NCBI RefSeq assembly: GCF_044704955.1
Contig: NC_091992.1
Location: forward strand, 101,990,001-102,054,000
Reading direction: 5' to 3'
From: Pristiophorus japonicus
Taxonomy: Eukaryota
DNA length: 64,000 bases
Of this stretch, positions 12,932 through 24,496 are shown in pieces (position 1 is the first letter of the stretch; each line of letters opens with the position of its first letter). Made by a program: the position numbers and the translations under genes. The notes below the pieces were generated by a model. That model saw nothing but the letters and a program-made list of their open reading frames with translations, ran no database searches and had not been told where the DNA came from.

Positions 12932-13914
12932 TGCACTGTGTTACTAATGATGCGTTTACAGTGCACACAGCGAACTGAGAGCAAATCAATCCAGAATTTG
13001 CTGTGGGTTTGGAAACTGTTTACATTGCTGTAACCTACAATTCAAATGGAAAACTCCTCGCCGGTTTTACATGCAAGTTCCCAATGTGATTGTGGTTGAA
13101 CATTGTTGCTTACACACCTATCTCTGCAATGCTAATGTTTTGGTGTGTAAGTGCACCCCACATCATCATCATCTTTCTCATGTATTGAATTTTATGCACA
13201 ATGGAAAATTGTCTGAGAATAGATGGATTTCATTCATTGCGATAGATAAATAATGGCGCTCATCAAAAGTCTAGCCACAATCATGGGAAATCTTTGTTAA
13301 TAGATAGATAACAACCACCTATGTGTGTGGATACAGAATCTTGTTCTTGTTTGCCATACTGAAAGACTAATAAAAATTTTATATTCAGTGTTTTGTGGCC
13401 ATCCATTCCTACTTAGATGTTCAAGCATTAATGCTGAAATGTAGATCACGATCGCTTAACTCGGAACCTGTTGTGGTTTCCTTTTACTGTCATAGGTTAT
13501 TAACGTGACCTTTCCAGCTGGCATCAGTGTGGTTTTCAACAATCACATCGTTCTAAACCTAAAGCTTTGTGCTACTTGTCAAGTGCATTTGCAACAATAT
13601 CTTTCACTTCTATAGTCCCTTTAACATAATAAAACTCCTTGAGTGCTTCATAAAGGTAAAAAATAACCCGGTCAATGATTTGAGAAAGGTTAGGGTTGGT
13701 GACTGAGGGCGAGAACAAAGAGAGGCTTTTCCAATGGGGTAATGTGATTCTCTGCAGAAATGTGACATAATATCTCCATTTTTTACATTAAATTAATGTG
13801 TCCGATGGGACAGGAGACTATGGAGGTTGGCAAGGAAGGGGATAATTGGCAGGTCGAGTTTTAGATGAATTGGAGTTTGTAGTTGGCAAACCTCAGGAGG
13901 TCCGAAATGTGGAT

Positions 13915-14332
13915 CTTTTTTTTTTATTCATTCATTCACGGGATGCGGACGTCACCGGCAAGGCCAGCATTTATTGTCCATCCATAATTGCCCTCAAGAA
14001 GGTGGCGGTGAGCCACCTTTTTGAATACAACTGAGTGGCTTACTAGGCCATTTCTGATTCAACTACATTGTTGTGGGTCTGGAGTCACATATAGGGCAGA
14101 CTGGGTAAAGATGGCAGGTTTCCTTCCCTAAGGACATTAGTGAACCAGATGGGTTTTTACAACAATCTGGTAGTTTCATGGTCACCATTACTGATACCAG
14201 CTTTTTTAAATTCCAGATTTATTTAATTGAATTTAAATTCCCCAGCTGCAATGGTGGGATTTGAACCCATGTCTCTGAATCAATAGTCCAGGTTTACTAG
14301 CCCAATAACATAACCATTATGCCACCATACCC
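13915..14332 (-). mobile_element. tRNA-derived SINE (second family)
   Basis: Reverse-strand head with B box GGGTTCAAATCCC, core AAAACCCATCTGGTTCACTAATGTCCTTAGGGAAGGAAA and GAATGAATAAAAAAAA tail; same family as 61729-62272. Confidence 0.8.
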
Positions 14333-15861
14333 ATACTTGGAGAGAAGCAAAGTGTGGATATTGGATTTTTGCAGTGGCAGGAGTGAGGTAGCGGCGGTGG
14401 TGATGTTGCAGAGATAGAAAGAAGCAGTGCTAGTGATGCATAGGAAATGGGGTTTGAAGCTCAAGATTGAGTCAAAAAGCCACTGATGTTACATATCACC
14501 TGTTTCAGACTGTGAGTAGCTGAGAAGGGAATCAAAAATGTAACTGTTGAACTTTAAATTATTCTGTGATGCTTTCAAGAAGGTGAATCATTCCTTCCAT
14601 CCCCAATGAACCAACAGTTCTGCAATCACCAGCGTCCTTTCTGCACCCCCCGTCCCTCCCCAACCCGAGACAATAAGATCTCTCTCCTCCCATTGATGGC
14701 CTGGACCAGGGCCGCAAAGCTGCATCCGAGAACCTGGGTGCTCTCTCTCTTGCTCTTCCAGCTCATTTTATCCCTTTGAGAATATTTCACTGCTGTCTGC
14801 AGCCAAAGTGCACCTCTCCTTAAAGAGGTACTGGCTGACCTTGAGTGGTGTCAGTAAAGCCTGATTTCCCGCCATCCCCAAACAGGCACGCAGCCAATAA
14901 GTCATGAGGGTAGTGCTAGCTGCATGCCTGCCTCATGATAATGAGCAGGCAGCACCAATATCACGTGATCCCTGTGGAGCGCGCACCACGCCCACTGCAC
15001 ACTTGTTTACAGGCACAATTGATTTTCTAGGCCATATTCCTTGTATAAACAAATGTTCAAAGCTGTTTTTCTGCAATATAGGGCTGGATTTCTTGTTGGA
15101 TTGCGCCTCTGGTAGTGCCCCGGAGGTGCGATAAACGGTGTTGAAATGCTTGCCATCCAATTTCTACCGCACAGCCAGGAAATTTGGTGCCGGTTTTGTG
15201 GCGGTGCAAAGGACTACCGCCTCGGTCCATAGTTTCATTCAGATCATGACGTCAGTCATCGTGCAATGTCCCGCTAGTGCCCTGGTCGCTAAATTCGGTG
15301 CTAATGACGCATTTAACATCCGTCCCAAGTCACGCCTGAAAAACCAGGCAGTCCCACGATCGAGTACAACCTATTTGCAGTGTATTTAAAGTGAGGGAGG
15401 AGGATCCTGAATCGTGAACCTCAGACTTTAAAGCGGCAGATTTATCTGCCATTACAGGTTCCTTACAACTTCAGTGAAATAATTTAACGGGGACATTAAT
15501 AGTTTGCCAGCGCCTCCTACTCCATGCTCTTGTTAGGCAGTGTCAAAATAGAAGGGCTGTTGGCCATGTCGAGCCACGGATGAGGAGAGGCTGAAGATGT
15601 ATGGACAGGAGGCCTTAACCCCTACGGGTTTGCAGGTAGCAATGCTCATACCTTCAGCTCTCTGAGGAACAGTGTGTGAGAAGGCTGTGCTTTTGAAAGA
15701 AAGTGCTGACAGAGATATGCCATCTCCTACAAGCAGACCTGCAGTCTCACATCGGCACCAGGAATGTGTTGCCCATCACAGTGAATGTCACTGTGGCTTG
15801 GCTTTCTATGCATCTGGCTCCTTTCAGGCTGCATCAGGGGACATATGCAGCATCTCTCAAT

Positions 15862-16118
15862 TATCATCATCATCATCATAGGGGGTCCCTTGAACGAGGA
15901 TGACTTGCTTCCACAAGAGTTCACAGATGTTTCAATGAAGGACCCGATATTCCAGTCCTGAACTCCAATTGAGGGGGTGGAAGATGGCTGTGCGTGGATT
16001 TTTTTAATGTGTGGTGACCGTTGCACATCAGCCACCACACGGGCTTGACAGAGCTAGGCCTTTATCCAGTGGTAAGGGTTGAACCAGGATTACTGGAGAC
16101 CTGCTCTGCTGCACTGAC
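15862..16118 (-). mobile_element. RTE-type 3' end fragment inserted in the Harbinger transposase
   Basis: (CAT)n tail at ~15864-15878 followed by GAGGATGACTTGCTTCCAC, the same end motif as the adjacent RTE at 16120. Confidence 0.65.
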
Positions 16119-16119
16119 C

Positions 16120-16516
16120 TCATTATCATAGGCAGTCCCTCGGAATTGAGGAAGACTTGCTTCCACTCCTGAAGTGAGTTCTTTGGTGGCTGAACAGTCC
16201 AATATGAGAGCCACAGATTCTGTCACAGGTGGGACAGGTAGTTATTGAGGGAAGGGATGGGTGTGACTGATTTGCCGCACGCTCTTTCCGCTGTCTGCGC
16301 TTGATTTCTGCTTGCTCTCGGCGTTGACACTCGAGGTGCTCAGCGCCCTGTCGGATGCACTTCCTCCACTTAGGGCGGTCTTGGGCCAGGGACTCCCAGA
16401 TGTCAGTGGGGATGTTGCACTTTATCAGGGAGGCTTTGAGGGTGTCTTTGTAGCGTTTCCGCTGCCCACCTTTGGCTCATTTGCCATGAAGGAGCTCCGA
16501 GTAGAGCACTTGCTTT
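16120..16516 (-). mobile_element. RTE-clade LINE 3' fragment (ORF C-terminus with C2H2 finger)
   Basis: Reverse translation KQVLYSEL..GGQRKRYKDTLKASL..WESLAQDRPKWR..CPTCDRICGSHIGLFSHQRTH, followed by a short ATG-type tail. Confidence 0.85.
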
Positions 16517-19500
16517 TGCAATATGCTAATACCTGCACATCGCTGCATTTGGCAAGTCACAACGGCTCTCTATGCCCGCAGAATGGACTTCATAACATTC
16601 CCAATGAGCAAGGTGAGACAGAGTGAGCGGGCATGTTGGTTTGGCAGGATTGCGGGCTCCCCGCACGTTGCCGCTTCATAATAGATTGGTTCTCTTGAAT
16701 GGAGTAAGCTGAGGGATGCAGCTAATGTGCCACGATAATGGCATATCCCCATTATAGTCTACAATCGTACACAAGATGCCAATGCAAAACGGTCAAAGTA
16801 ACATTTTTACTAACACAATCAAACACCCCCCATCCCCGCAAGGAATGAAACAAAACAATGCGCCGTTGAAACGTACTCACGCACAATGAAGTGCAACAAT
16901 GTAACTAACTATATACAAGCATTATTTACAATTGTGAGTACTTGTTCCCATGGTGGTCAAATTCCTTAATCAGACTTGGCCTGGCATTTCCCCCCCACCC
17001 CCTCACCTTTACCCCCCTCCCATGCCTACTGCTCCTCCTCAATGTGGCCTCAGTGCCTACAGCAAGGCTGCTTGAGGGCTGCAGTGTGTGTGGAGCAGAC
17101 AGTACAGATAGCCTACAAGGACCCCCCTGGACCAGTTCTGGGCCTGAAAAGCCCGGCTGCTTACTCCTCTGCCTCAGCACCAGCGGCAGCAATCTGCGAT
17201 GGCTCGGGTGAAGGTGCAAAGGCGGAGTAGCAGTGGTGGGAGCCAGAATGCTGTGATCTTGAGGAAGGACAGCACCTTCCATTTCCAGGGGACCACTGCC
17301 ACTCACACGGGGCGGAGTATTAGCATCCGGAGCACAACTTGCTGGCCTGCTTCGGAACCATTACTTCCCCGTCGGACAGTGGGGAAGACAGAGAGGATGG
17401 CAGCTGTCAGCGATTGCATGGCGTCACACTAACACTGACTCACAGCAGACTGAGCCTGAAACGCAGCAGTCTGCGAGTTCATGCCAGCAATCACTGACAG
17501 CATCACATCACGTAGTTCTTGCGTGGCTTGGGCCTGTGAAGCGATTGCTGCTGCCACGTCAACCATGGCACGCGCCATCCCTTCTGAGACTCCACTATCA
17601 CTGGTTGAGCCCATCTTCCTCTGTGATGGGCAAGAATGAGCTTGTTGGACACCTGAGAGAAACGGGCAATTCTTGAGGTGGCCTTCGCCACACTCACAGC
17701 AAGTGCGTTGATGCTCTGCGGGACCCTATCCAATGCACCCATGAGGTTGCCATGCATTTGCGTGGTCTCCCTGGACATAGCCACCAAGTCCAGGTCCACG
17801 TCTGCCTGTCTCTCAGTGGGATTCGTGGGCCTACACCTGGTGGCGAGCTGACCTCCGAGTTTCTCCTCCCACTGGGCGTTGCTGTAGACCACTGGGGCCA
17901 GGAGCCATAGAGTCATCAAACCCCTCAATAACAGCGTCTCCCCCAATTTTGTGTCCTCACTCGGTGTGACTAATGGGGTCATGGCTCAGGGGCAGGCTGC
18001 TGCACTTCTGGCTGAACATCTGTAAGTACAAAGCAACAGACGTGTGGTTAGCAGCAAGGGAGGGGCAGGGAGATAAGAGGAAGGTGGCATTGCACATCTA
18101 TATGTAAAGTGGCTCGGCCACGATATCAGGGGTCAAGAAACTCACATCAATCGCAAAGGCTATTCAAATACTATCACTACCCATAGGGGGCTCCATCTTG
18201 CCGCCAGCCACAGTGACCATGAGAGCCAACACTCGCTGCTCCAGCTCAGTGAGGTCCTGTAGATCAGGCTCTCCATCTCCGGTTTGCTCTGCTCCCGATG
18301 ATTATGCGCCAATTTGGCCTTCAATAAGAGCAAGAAGAAGGTGTGAGTGAGTGTGCAGCTCATCGTGTGGCACATGTGCCTTCCATAGTAGATTTGCTGC
18401 TACTGTCTGGAAGTGTAAAGATGTGCATTATAATCTGCGTGGCTGTGGACTGAGCAGGTGGGAAGGCTAGGAGGAGGTGAGAGCCAGCTAGGATTGCGAC
18501 TCAGGGTAACGTTTGGCCAACGCTTATCAAGAGTCAAAGGGTAGTGCGAGGCAGGGTGAAAATGAATAGGGTACAAGAGGATCCGCGCAGCCTGAATACA
18601 TAGAGCATGGCTGGTCAACTAAGCCTTCACCAACCCACACCAAGGCCTGGAACACATAGAGAAAGAGCAGCTCCATCAAAGACATTACATTGTGTGAGAC
18701 AGTCATCTTGCAGCCATGGCGTGGGTATATAAATGTTAAGGGACTCACCCTACTACCCAATGTCGCAAAGGTCGTTAAACTTCTTGCGACATTGGGTAGT
18801 AGTTCTAGGCACCATGTCTGTCATTGACATCTCCTGCTTATTCGCCCTCCAATACTCCAGAAGACCCTGGGCAGGGACCTCCCTCCTCCAGCGAGATGCA
18901 AGGCAAGCCACCTCCTCTCAATGGCCTGTATTAGTGCCTCAGCAGCCATGGCAGCGAAGTGGCATGCTCTCTGGTGTGCTTCCTGCTACATCATTTCTCC
19001 TGCTCTGTTCAGAGTGAACAGGTGGATCTGCATATGTACAAACTTATATCGCTGCACCTTAGACTTTTGGCTGCCTTCGGGAAATATAGAGCACCTCTGT
19101 GCATGCACAAGGAATGGAGGTTTTTTTGCGTGGTAGTTTTCAGTTGGGGCAGCCAAGCACAGGTGTGTAATGCCTGAATTAGCACCCCCAATCAGTTTCA
19201 CTGAGTTTCGGGCAAATTTTCCGGACGGAGGTGCAAACTTTTTTCGGGCGCTATACTTACTGCCCCACCATGATTAACACCGCAAAATGAACAGAACGGA
19301 AAATCCAGCCCTTAATCTCTTAATTTCTCACAAAATATTATTTTGACAAGGAATAGAAGATAATTTTCTGATCAGTCAATTAAAAAAATAAAAGGAAGTC
19401 ATTCAAACCATCCCCCACCCCGCACTCACCTCAATGTTTGAATCAAAAAAGAGCATCAATCTCAATATATTATTATTCATTATTGCTGTTGAAACTATCA

Positions 19501-19672
19501 TTTGCTATTTTAATTTCCACAAAATTTGTGCCTATTCTTTATAGAAGTGGAATTGAACAGCGAAGCCTTTCATCATTCAACGGGAATCTGATTTGCTGAC
19601 GAATATAAAGAATGACTATTGCTTTGCGAAAAAGTACATGAAGTGGGTCAAGTGTAGCTAGGCTAACATTAT

Positions 19673-20923
19673 GGGCCCAAGTTTCCACATGATAAAAAAC
19701 GGGCGCCCCTCCGAGCTGGGCGCCCGTTTTTCGCGCCTAAAACGGCGCCGGAAAAAAATCGCGCGATTCTGGAGCGCTTTGCAGCTCCTTTTCTGTTTGG
19801 GGCGGAGCCTACACTTGCGCCGATTTTGTAAGTGGGAGGGGGCGGGTACTATTTAAATTAGTTTTTTTCGTGCCGGCAATCCTGCGCGTGCGCGTTGAAG
19901 CATTCGCGCACGCGCAGTGTGAAGGAAACATTGGCACTCGGCCATTTTTGTAGTTCTTTGTAGCTGTTTAATTTTTGAAAATTTTTTAATAAAAGCACAT
20001 TGCCATCAGCACATCAGCACTGAGGCTTCTTGCAGCCTTGTCACTGTCTCCTTCCCCCCTCCCCCGCGGGAAGAACGGGCGCCTCCTCCCCCCCCCCCCG
20101 CGGGAAAGAACGGACGCCTCCCCCCTCCCTCCCCCCCCCCGCGGGAAGAACGGGCGCCTCCTCCTCCCCCCGCGGGAAGAACGGGCGCCTCCTCCCCCCC
20201 CCCCGCGGGAAGAACGGGCGCCTCCCCCCTCCCTCCCCCCCCCCCCGCGGGAAGAACGGGCGCCTCCCCCCTCCCTCCCCCCACCCACCGCGGGAAGAAC
20301 GGGCGCCTCCTCCCCCACCCGCGGGAAAGAACGGGTGCCTCCTCTCCCCGTGGGAAAGAACGGGCGCCTCCCCCTCCCTCCCCCCCCCCCCGCGGGAAGA
20401 ACGGGTGCCTCAGGCTGACTGCAGCATTCTCCGTGCCTGAAGCACTTTCACACAGGTAGGAAGATGGTTTATTTAATCTTTTCTTTGCTTATAAATGTTT
20501 ATTCAGGTTGGATTTATTTGTATAATATTTGTAGAAGTATAAATAAGGATTTATTGTAGAATTTAATGACTTCCCTTCCTCCCCCTCCCACCCCCCCCCC
20601 CCCAACCTCGTTCTGGACGCCTAATTTGTAACCTGCGCCTGATTTTTTAATGTGTAGAACAGGTTTTTTCAGTTCTACAAAAATCTTCACTTGCTCCATT
20701 CTAAGTTAGTTTGGAGTACGTTTTCACTGTGGAAACTTTGAAATCAGATGTCAATGGCCGGACACGCCCCCTTTTGAAGAAAACATTCTGTTCCAAAGTA
20801 GAACTGTTCTAACTGACTAGAACTGCAGAAAAAAAAATGTGGAGAATTGCGATTTCTAAGATAGTCCGTTCTCCACCAGTTGCTCCTAAAAGTCAGGCGC
20901 AAATCATGTGGAAACTTGGGCCC
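19673..20923. mobile_element. Intact MITE (Harbinger/Tourist-type) with 21-bp TIRs and TAT target-site duplication
   Basis: GGGCCCAAGTTTCCACATGAT (19673-19693) and its exact reverse complement (20903-20923); TAT on both sides (19670-19672, 20924-20926). Confidence 0.92.
20050..20410. repeat. GC-rich minisatellite inside the MITE
   Basis: About 10 copies of C(n)GCGGGA(A)AGAACGGGCGCCTCC with variable poly-C linkers. Confidence 0.9.
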
Positions 20924-22225
20924 TATAATAGCAATGCTTGAATTGTTAGTAAAGTGTATCTTTGAAATAAACGCTGTAGATGGTAATGGTTCTTCAGCTA
21001 GGGATGCTGGGATACTTGACCACAGGTATCTTTAGAGACAGTTAGCTTATTTGGAAGCTTGGGAAAATAAAGTATTGTTTAGAAGCTTGGAAAAAATTAC
21101 TCATTGTTATGTTCAGAACAAGAAGATAAGGAAAATGAAGGTCAGACAGGGTTGCCATGGGAACGGGAGGGTTAATAGGAGAAGATAACAGGAGACACCT
21201 GCTGGATTTGCTGGACTGCATTGTGAAGCTCATGTAATAAGTGTTGAAACAGTGTGTACTGATTTATGACTGTCGCAAAACAACCCAAATTACAGTAACT
21301 TGTGTATTATAAAGGTATGCTGCAAGCGCTGTATTGTTGAGTGTGGTATCTCAGGCAACTGAGGATCACTCTCTTGCATTTGCTCGAATAAACTTTTACT
21401 TGCTGAACTTAGTAGACTTGAGAGTGGTCATTTTTGCCACAACATACAAATCGTGATATTTATATATAAATATACACAGAGAGCAAAAGTAATCAACTGC
21501 AGTACATGGATTGGTATTGAACATGTGGTTAATATTTTGTGATGCTATTTTATCCTGCAAGAAAAGAGATGAGGTAGGTGGGACTTTCCCTTCACACCAG
21601 AAGAGCACCTTTTTACCAATTACACCCTTGCAGAAGCTGCTATAGTTTGTGCCTAACCCAACTGGGCAAATTTATACTAAAATTCAAATTCAAGGAATTT
21701 AACTCTCAGGGCTAGACTGGTATTGGCTAGAAATGATTGCAGTACCTTTTTCATGCATTAACAAATATTTAAACATTTAAGACTTAGGCAATATCACCAG
21801 AACAAGGCAATTTTGCCATATATGCATAGCATGGAATTGTCCTCATAAAGCACCCTTCGCTCATGCATGTTTTCCAGAATTTTGATGACACAAATAATTA
21901 AATAAACTCTGCTCTAGCAATATCTTTTGATTGCTTGATGTCTTCCTGTGGTATACATAACATCAGTTTATGATGCACAATTCTTTCTGTTGAGCTCAGT
22001 TTGAGAATGAAATGAAGAAGTATGCTCTAGTCATGTGTTATATATGATTTTCGCCTTTGACATTAGGCTGTCAATCAAGCTTAGTTAAAGCATATCAAAG
22101 TAACAATAATATTCTGACAAGCAAAAATAGCATAGATCTGTCAATATTTCTCTGCAATTACATTGTCTGATCAAATGACTGTAGACTCAGCTACCCCCTC
22201 ACAAATGCTTACAATCTTTTTCAAG

Positions 22226-23330
22226 ATGTGGCAAGTCTGTGATCTCTTTACTCCCACAATAATATGTGCATTGGCCCTTTAAGTTAATAAAATTTCAGGT
22301 AAGAAACTTTATTGTAGCAATTGTGCACAGGTCTATCTAACTGCATCCTAATACCTCAACTTCACAAACCTTATTTTAAATAATACTTGATCAAATGAAT
22401 CTTTGTGGACTCTCATAAATGGACTACATCTGGTCCGTTGTTTTAAATTTAGGAAAAGATTATCCATTTTGATCTGAGTTGTGAGCACTTCTTTTTAAAA
22501 TGCATATAATAAGCCTACCAATAAGATTTCTGCTTCTGTTATAGTGATCTTTAACAAGAATCTGCAATTTTGGTGCATTGTCAAACCACAAATTATTTAA
22601 TGAAGTTTATTTCCTTTATCAAACTAGCTGTGTTGACAAACATTTCCATCAAGTATTGACAGTTCCTGCATAAAGGTCTACAACTATTTTGAGTTGAACG
22701 TTTAAATCAAGTACCCCTTTTTTAAAGGGCACTAGAAGCCATAAATCCAAATTAACTTGGGAACTTTATTAAATTAAATCAAAATCATATTCCCGTTGGT
22801 GATGATGCACTCCAGTCCCTCCACTACAAGCCTCTGGAAATTTAAAAGGACATTTTGATTGCTTGTATTTGTTATGATAAAGAACAACCACGGTGCAGAC
22901 GTGTGATTATTCACAGTTTTATCTGATAATTATACCAAACATGAGAAAGAAATCAACATCACAGACCACAACAAAGCTGGGCAGTTACGCAGTACACGTC
23001 AGAGTTCCTGCAATGTAAGAACCAAGCTCGGTGCAACTCAGAGAAATAAGAGTGTTTCACAGATAAATGGTGGAGTTCTTCAACAACCCAACTGAGTTAC
23101 AGTAGTTTTGGCTTTTAGTGTCAGTTAAACCATAGCTATAACACCAACCTTGACGGACTTCACTCAGACTGAGTGTGCAGACTCAAAGCACTCAAAGACC
23201 TTTTCAGTGCATCTGTCTGGCCCAGAGTTCAAAAACAGGATACGTTCACGACTTATATCCTTGGGTCATATCTATACCATGAACAAATAAAATCACCATG
23301 AGATACCAAGTGAATAAATTGTTTTATCTG
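22226..23330 (+). pseudogene. Possible decayed Ig-superfamily gene (leader-like exon 22226-22298 plus ectodomain-like exon from 22917)
   Basis: MWQVCDLFTPTIICALAL*VNKIS then G|GTAAG (phase 1). Acceptor ttcacAG (22915-22916) continues in phase as VLSDNYTKHEKEINIT...GVLQQPN*VTVVLAFSVS*T...EFKNRIRSRL, with in-frame stops. Confidence 0.35.
22712..22840 (-). mobile_element. Short Tx1-clade 3' fragment
   Basis: GTGATGATGCACTCCAGTCCCTCC and the adjacent A-rich segment match the Tx1 ORF end and UTR at 35420-35545. Confidence 0.65.
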
Positions 23331-23387
23331 TTCGACAATATTTAAATCCATGATAAATAAACGGTGCTAAATCCCTGGTGATTTAGA

Positions 23388-23680
23388 CCATAGAAACAAA
23401 GGAACAGGAGTAGGCCATTCAGCCCCTTGAGCCTGTTCCTTCATTCAATTAGATCATGGCTGATCTGTATCTTAACTTCATCCACCTGCCTTGGTTCTAT
23501 GACCCTTAATAGCCTTGCCCAACTAAAATCTATCAATCTTAATTTTGAAATTTACAATTGACCCAGCCTCAACAGCTTTTTGGGGGAGAGTGTTCCAGAT
23601 TTCCAATAACCTTTGTGTGAATAAATGCTTTCTGACATCACCCCTGAATGGCCTAGCTCTAATTATAAGGTTATGCTCCT
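23388..23680 (-). mobile_element. CR1 3' fragment
   Basis: CATAGAA...GGAGTAGGCCATTCAGCCCCTTGAGCC tail, same as the other CR1 ends. Confidence 0.8.
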
Positions 23681-23689
23681 CTAATTCTG

Positions 23690-23953
23690 CTCACTTGAGC
23701 AGCCCTGCCTTCTGTTGCCTAATCCCCAAGCTCTGGAACTCCCGTCGGAAACCTCTCTGCCTCTCTACCTCTCTTTCCTCCTTCAATATGCTCCTTAAAA
23801 CCTACCTCTTTTGACCAAGCTTTTGGTTACCTGCGCTAATGTCTACTTATGCAGCTCTGTGTCAAATTTTTTATTTCATAATACTCCTGTGAACGTCTTG
23901 GAACGTTTCATTACATTAACGGTGCCCTTTAGATATAAGTTGTTGTTGTTGTT
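23690..23953 (+). mobile_element. L2-type LINE/SINE 3' tail
   Basis: AAGCTCTGGAACTCCC...CTTAAAACCTACCTCTTTTGACCAAGCTTTTGG ending in (TTG)n. Confidence 0.6.
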
Positions 23954-24496
23954 CTGAGCTCCCCCAACAGAAGAAATAGGGCTAGACTTTCCATTAGGTG
24001 GCGAAGGCCCCAAAAAATGGGCCAGGTTCCAGCGATGTGGGACATCTCGGCCTTGCTGATCGCCGGCACAGGCGCTTTTTTTTCCGCGATTTTCCATTCA
24101 GCCTTACCTCGATGATGTCAAAGGGGCGATATGATTTTTTGGTGATCTCATGATCGCCCATCAAAAATGGAAGTCAAAGAAAAAAAAAGCTTCCCAAGCA
24201 ATGCTATTCTGCACATGTGTGTGATGTTTTTCTTTGTGGTTGAGTTTCTTTGCTGCGTTTTGAGAGGTCAGGGGTCATCACACATGCTCAGAAGCACAGG
24301 GAGGGTCAGAGAGAGAGAGAGAGAGAGGAAGGAATAGAGGAAGAGCTGTTTGTGGTTGGTGGAAGTGATTGTTGAATTTGGATTAAAAAATAACTGTTCT
24401 TATCGACTTATAATTATTTATTTTTGCACAATATGGGAAAATAATACAATATAATATATTGTATAATATTTTGAAATATAATAGATATAACAAAGA

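Larger units (their letters stand above)
15081..19311. mobile_element. Harbinger/PIF DNA transposon, internally deleted and degenerate
   Basis: TIRs GGGCTGGATTT / AAATCCAGCCC with flanks ATA / TTA. Transposase remnants on + (LAFYASGSFQAASGDICSISQ, ORF 15672-15881). Myb/SANT-like remnants on - (QCRKKFNDL near 18770-18795 and downstream exons to ~17200). Confidence 0.85.

Noticed and set aside
20050-20410. Repeat-spacer-like periodicity resembling a CRISPR array
   Set aside because: The linkers are only poly-C variants, not unique spacers; it lies inside a MITE in eukaryotic DNA with no cas genes.
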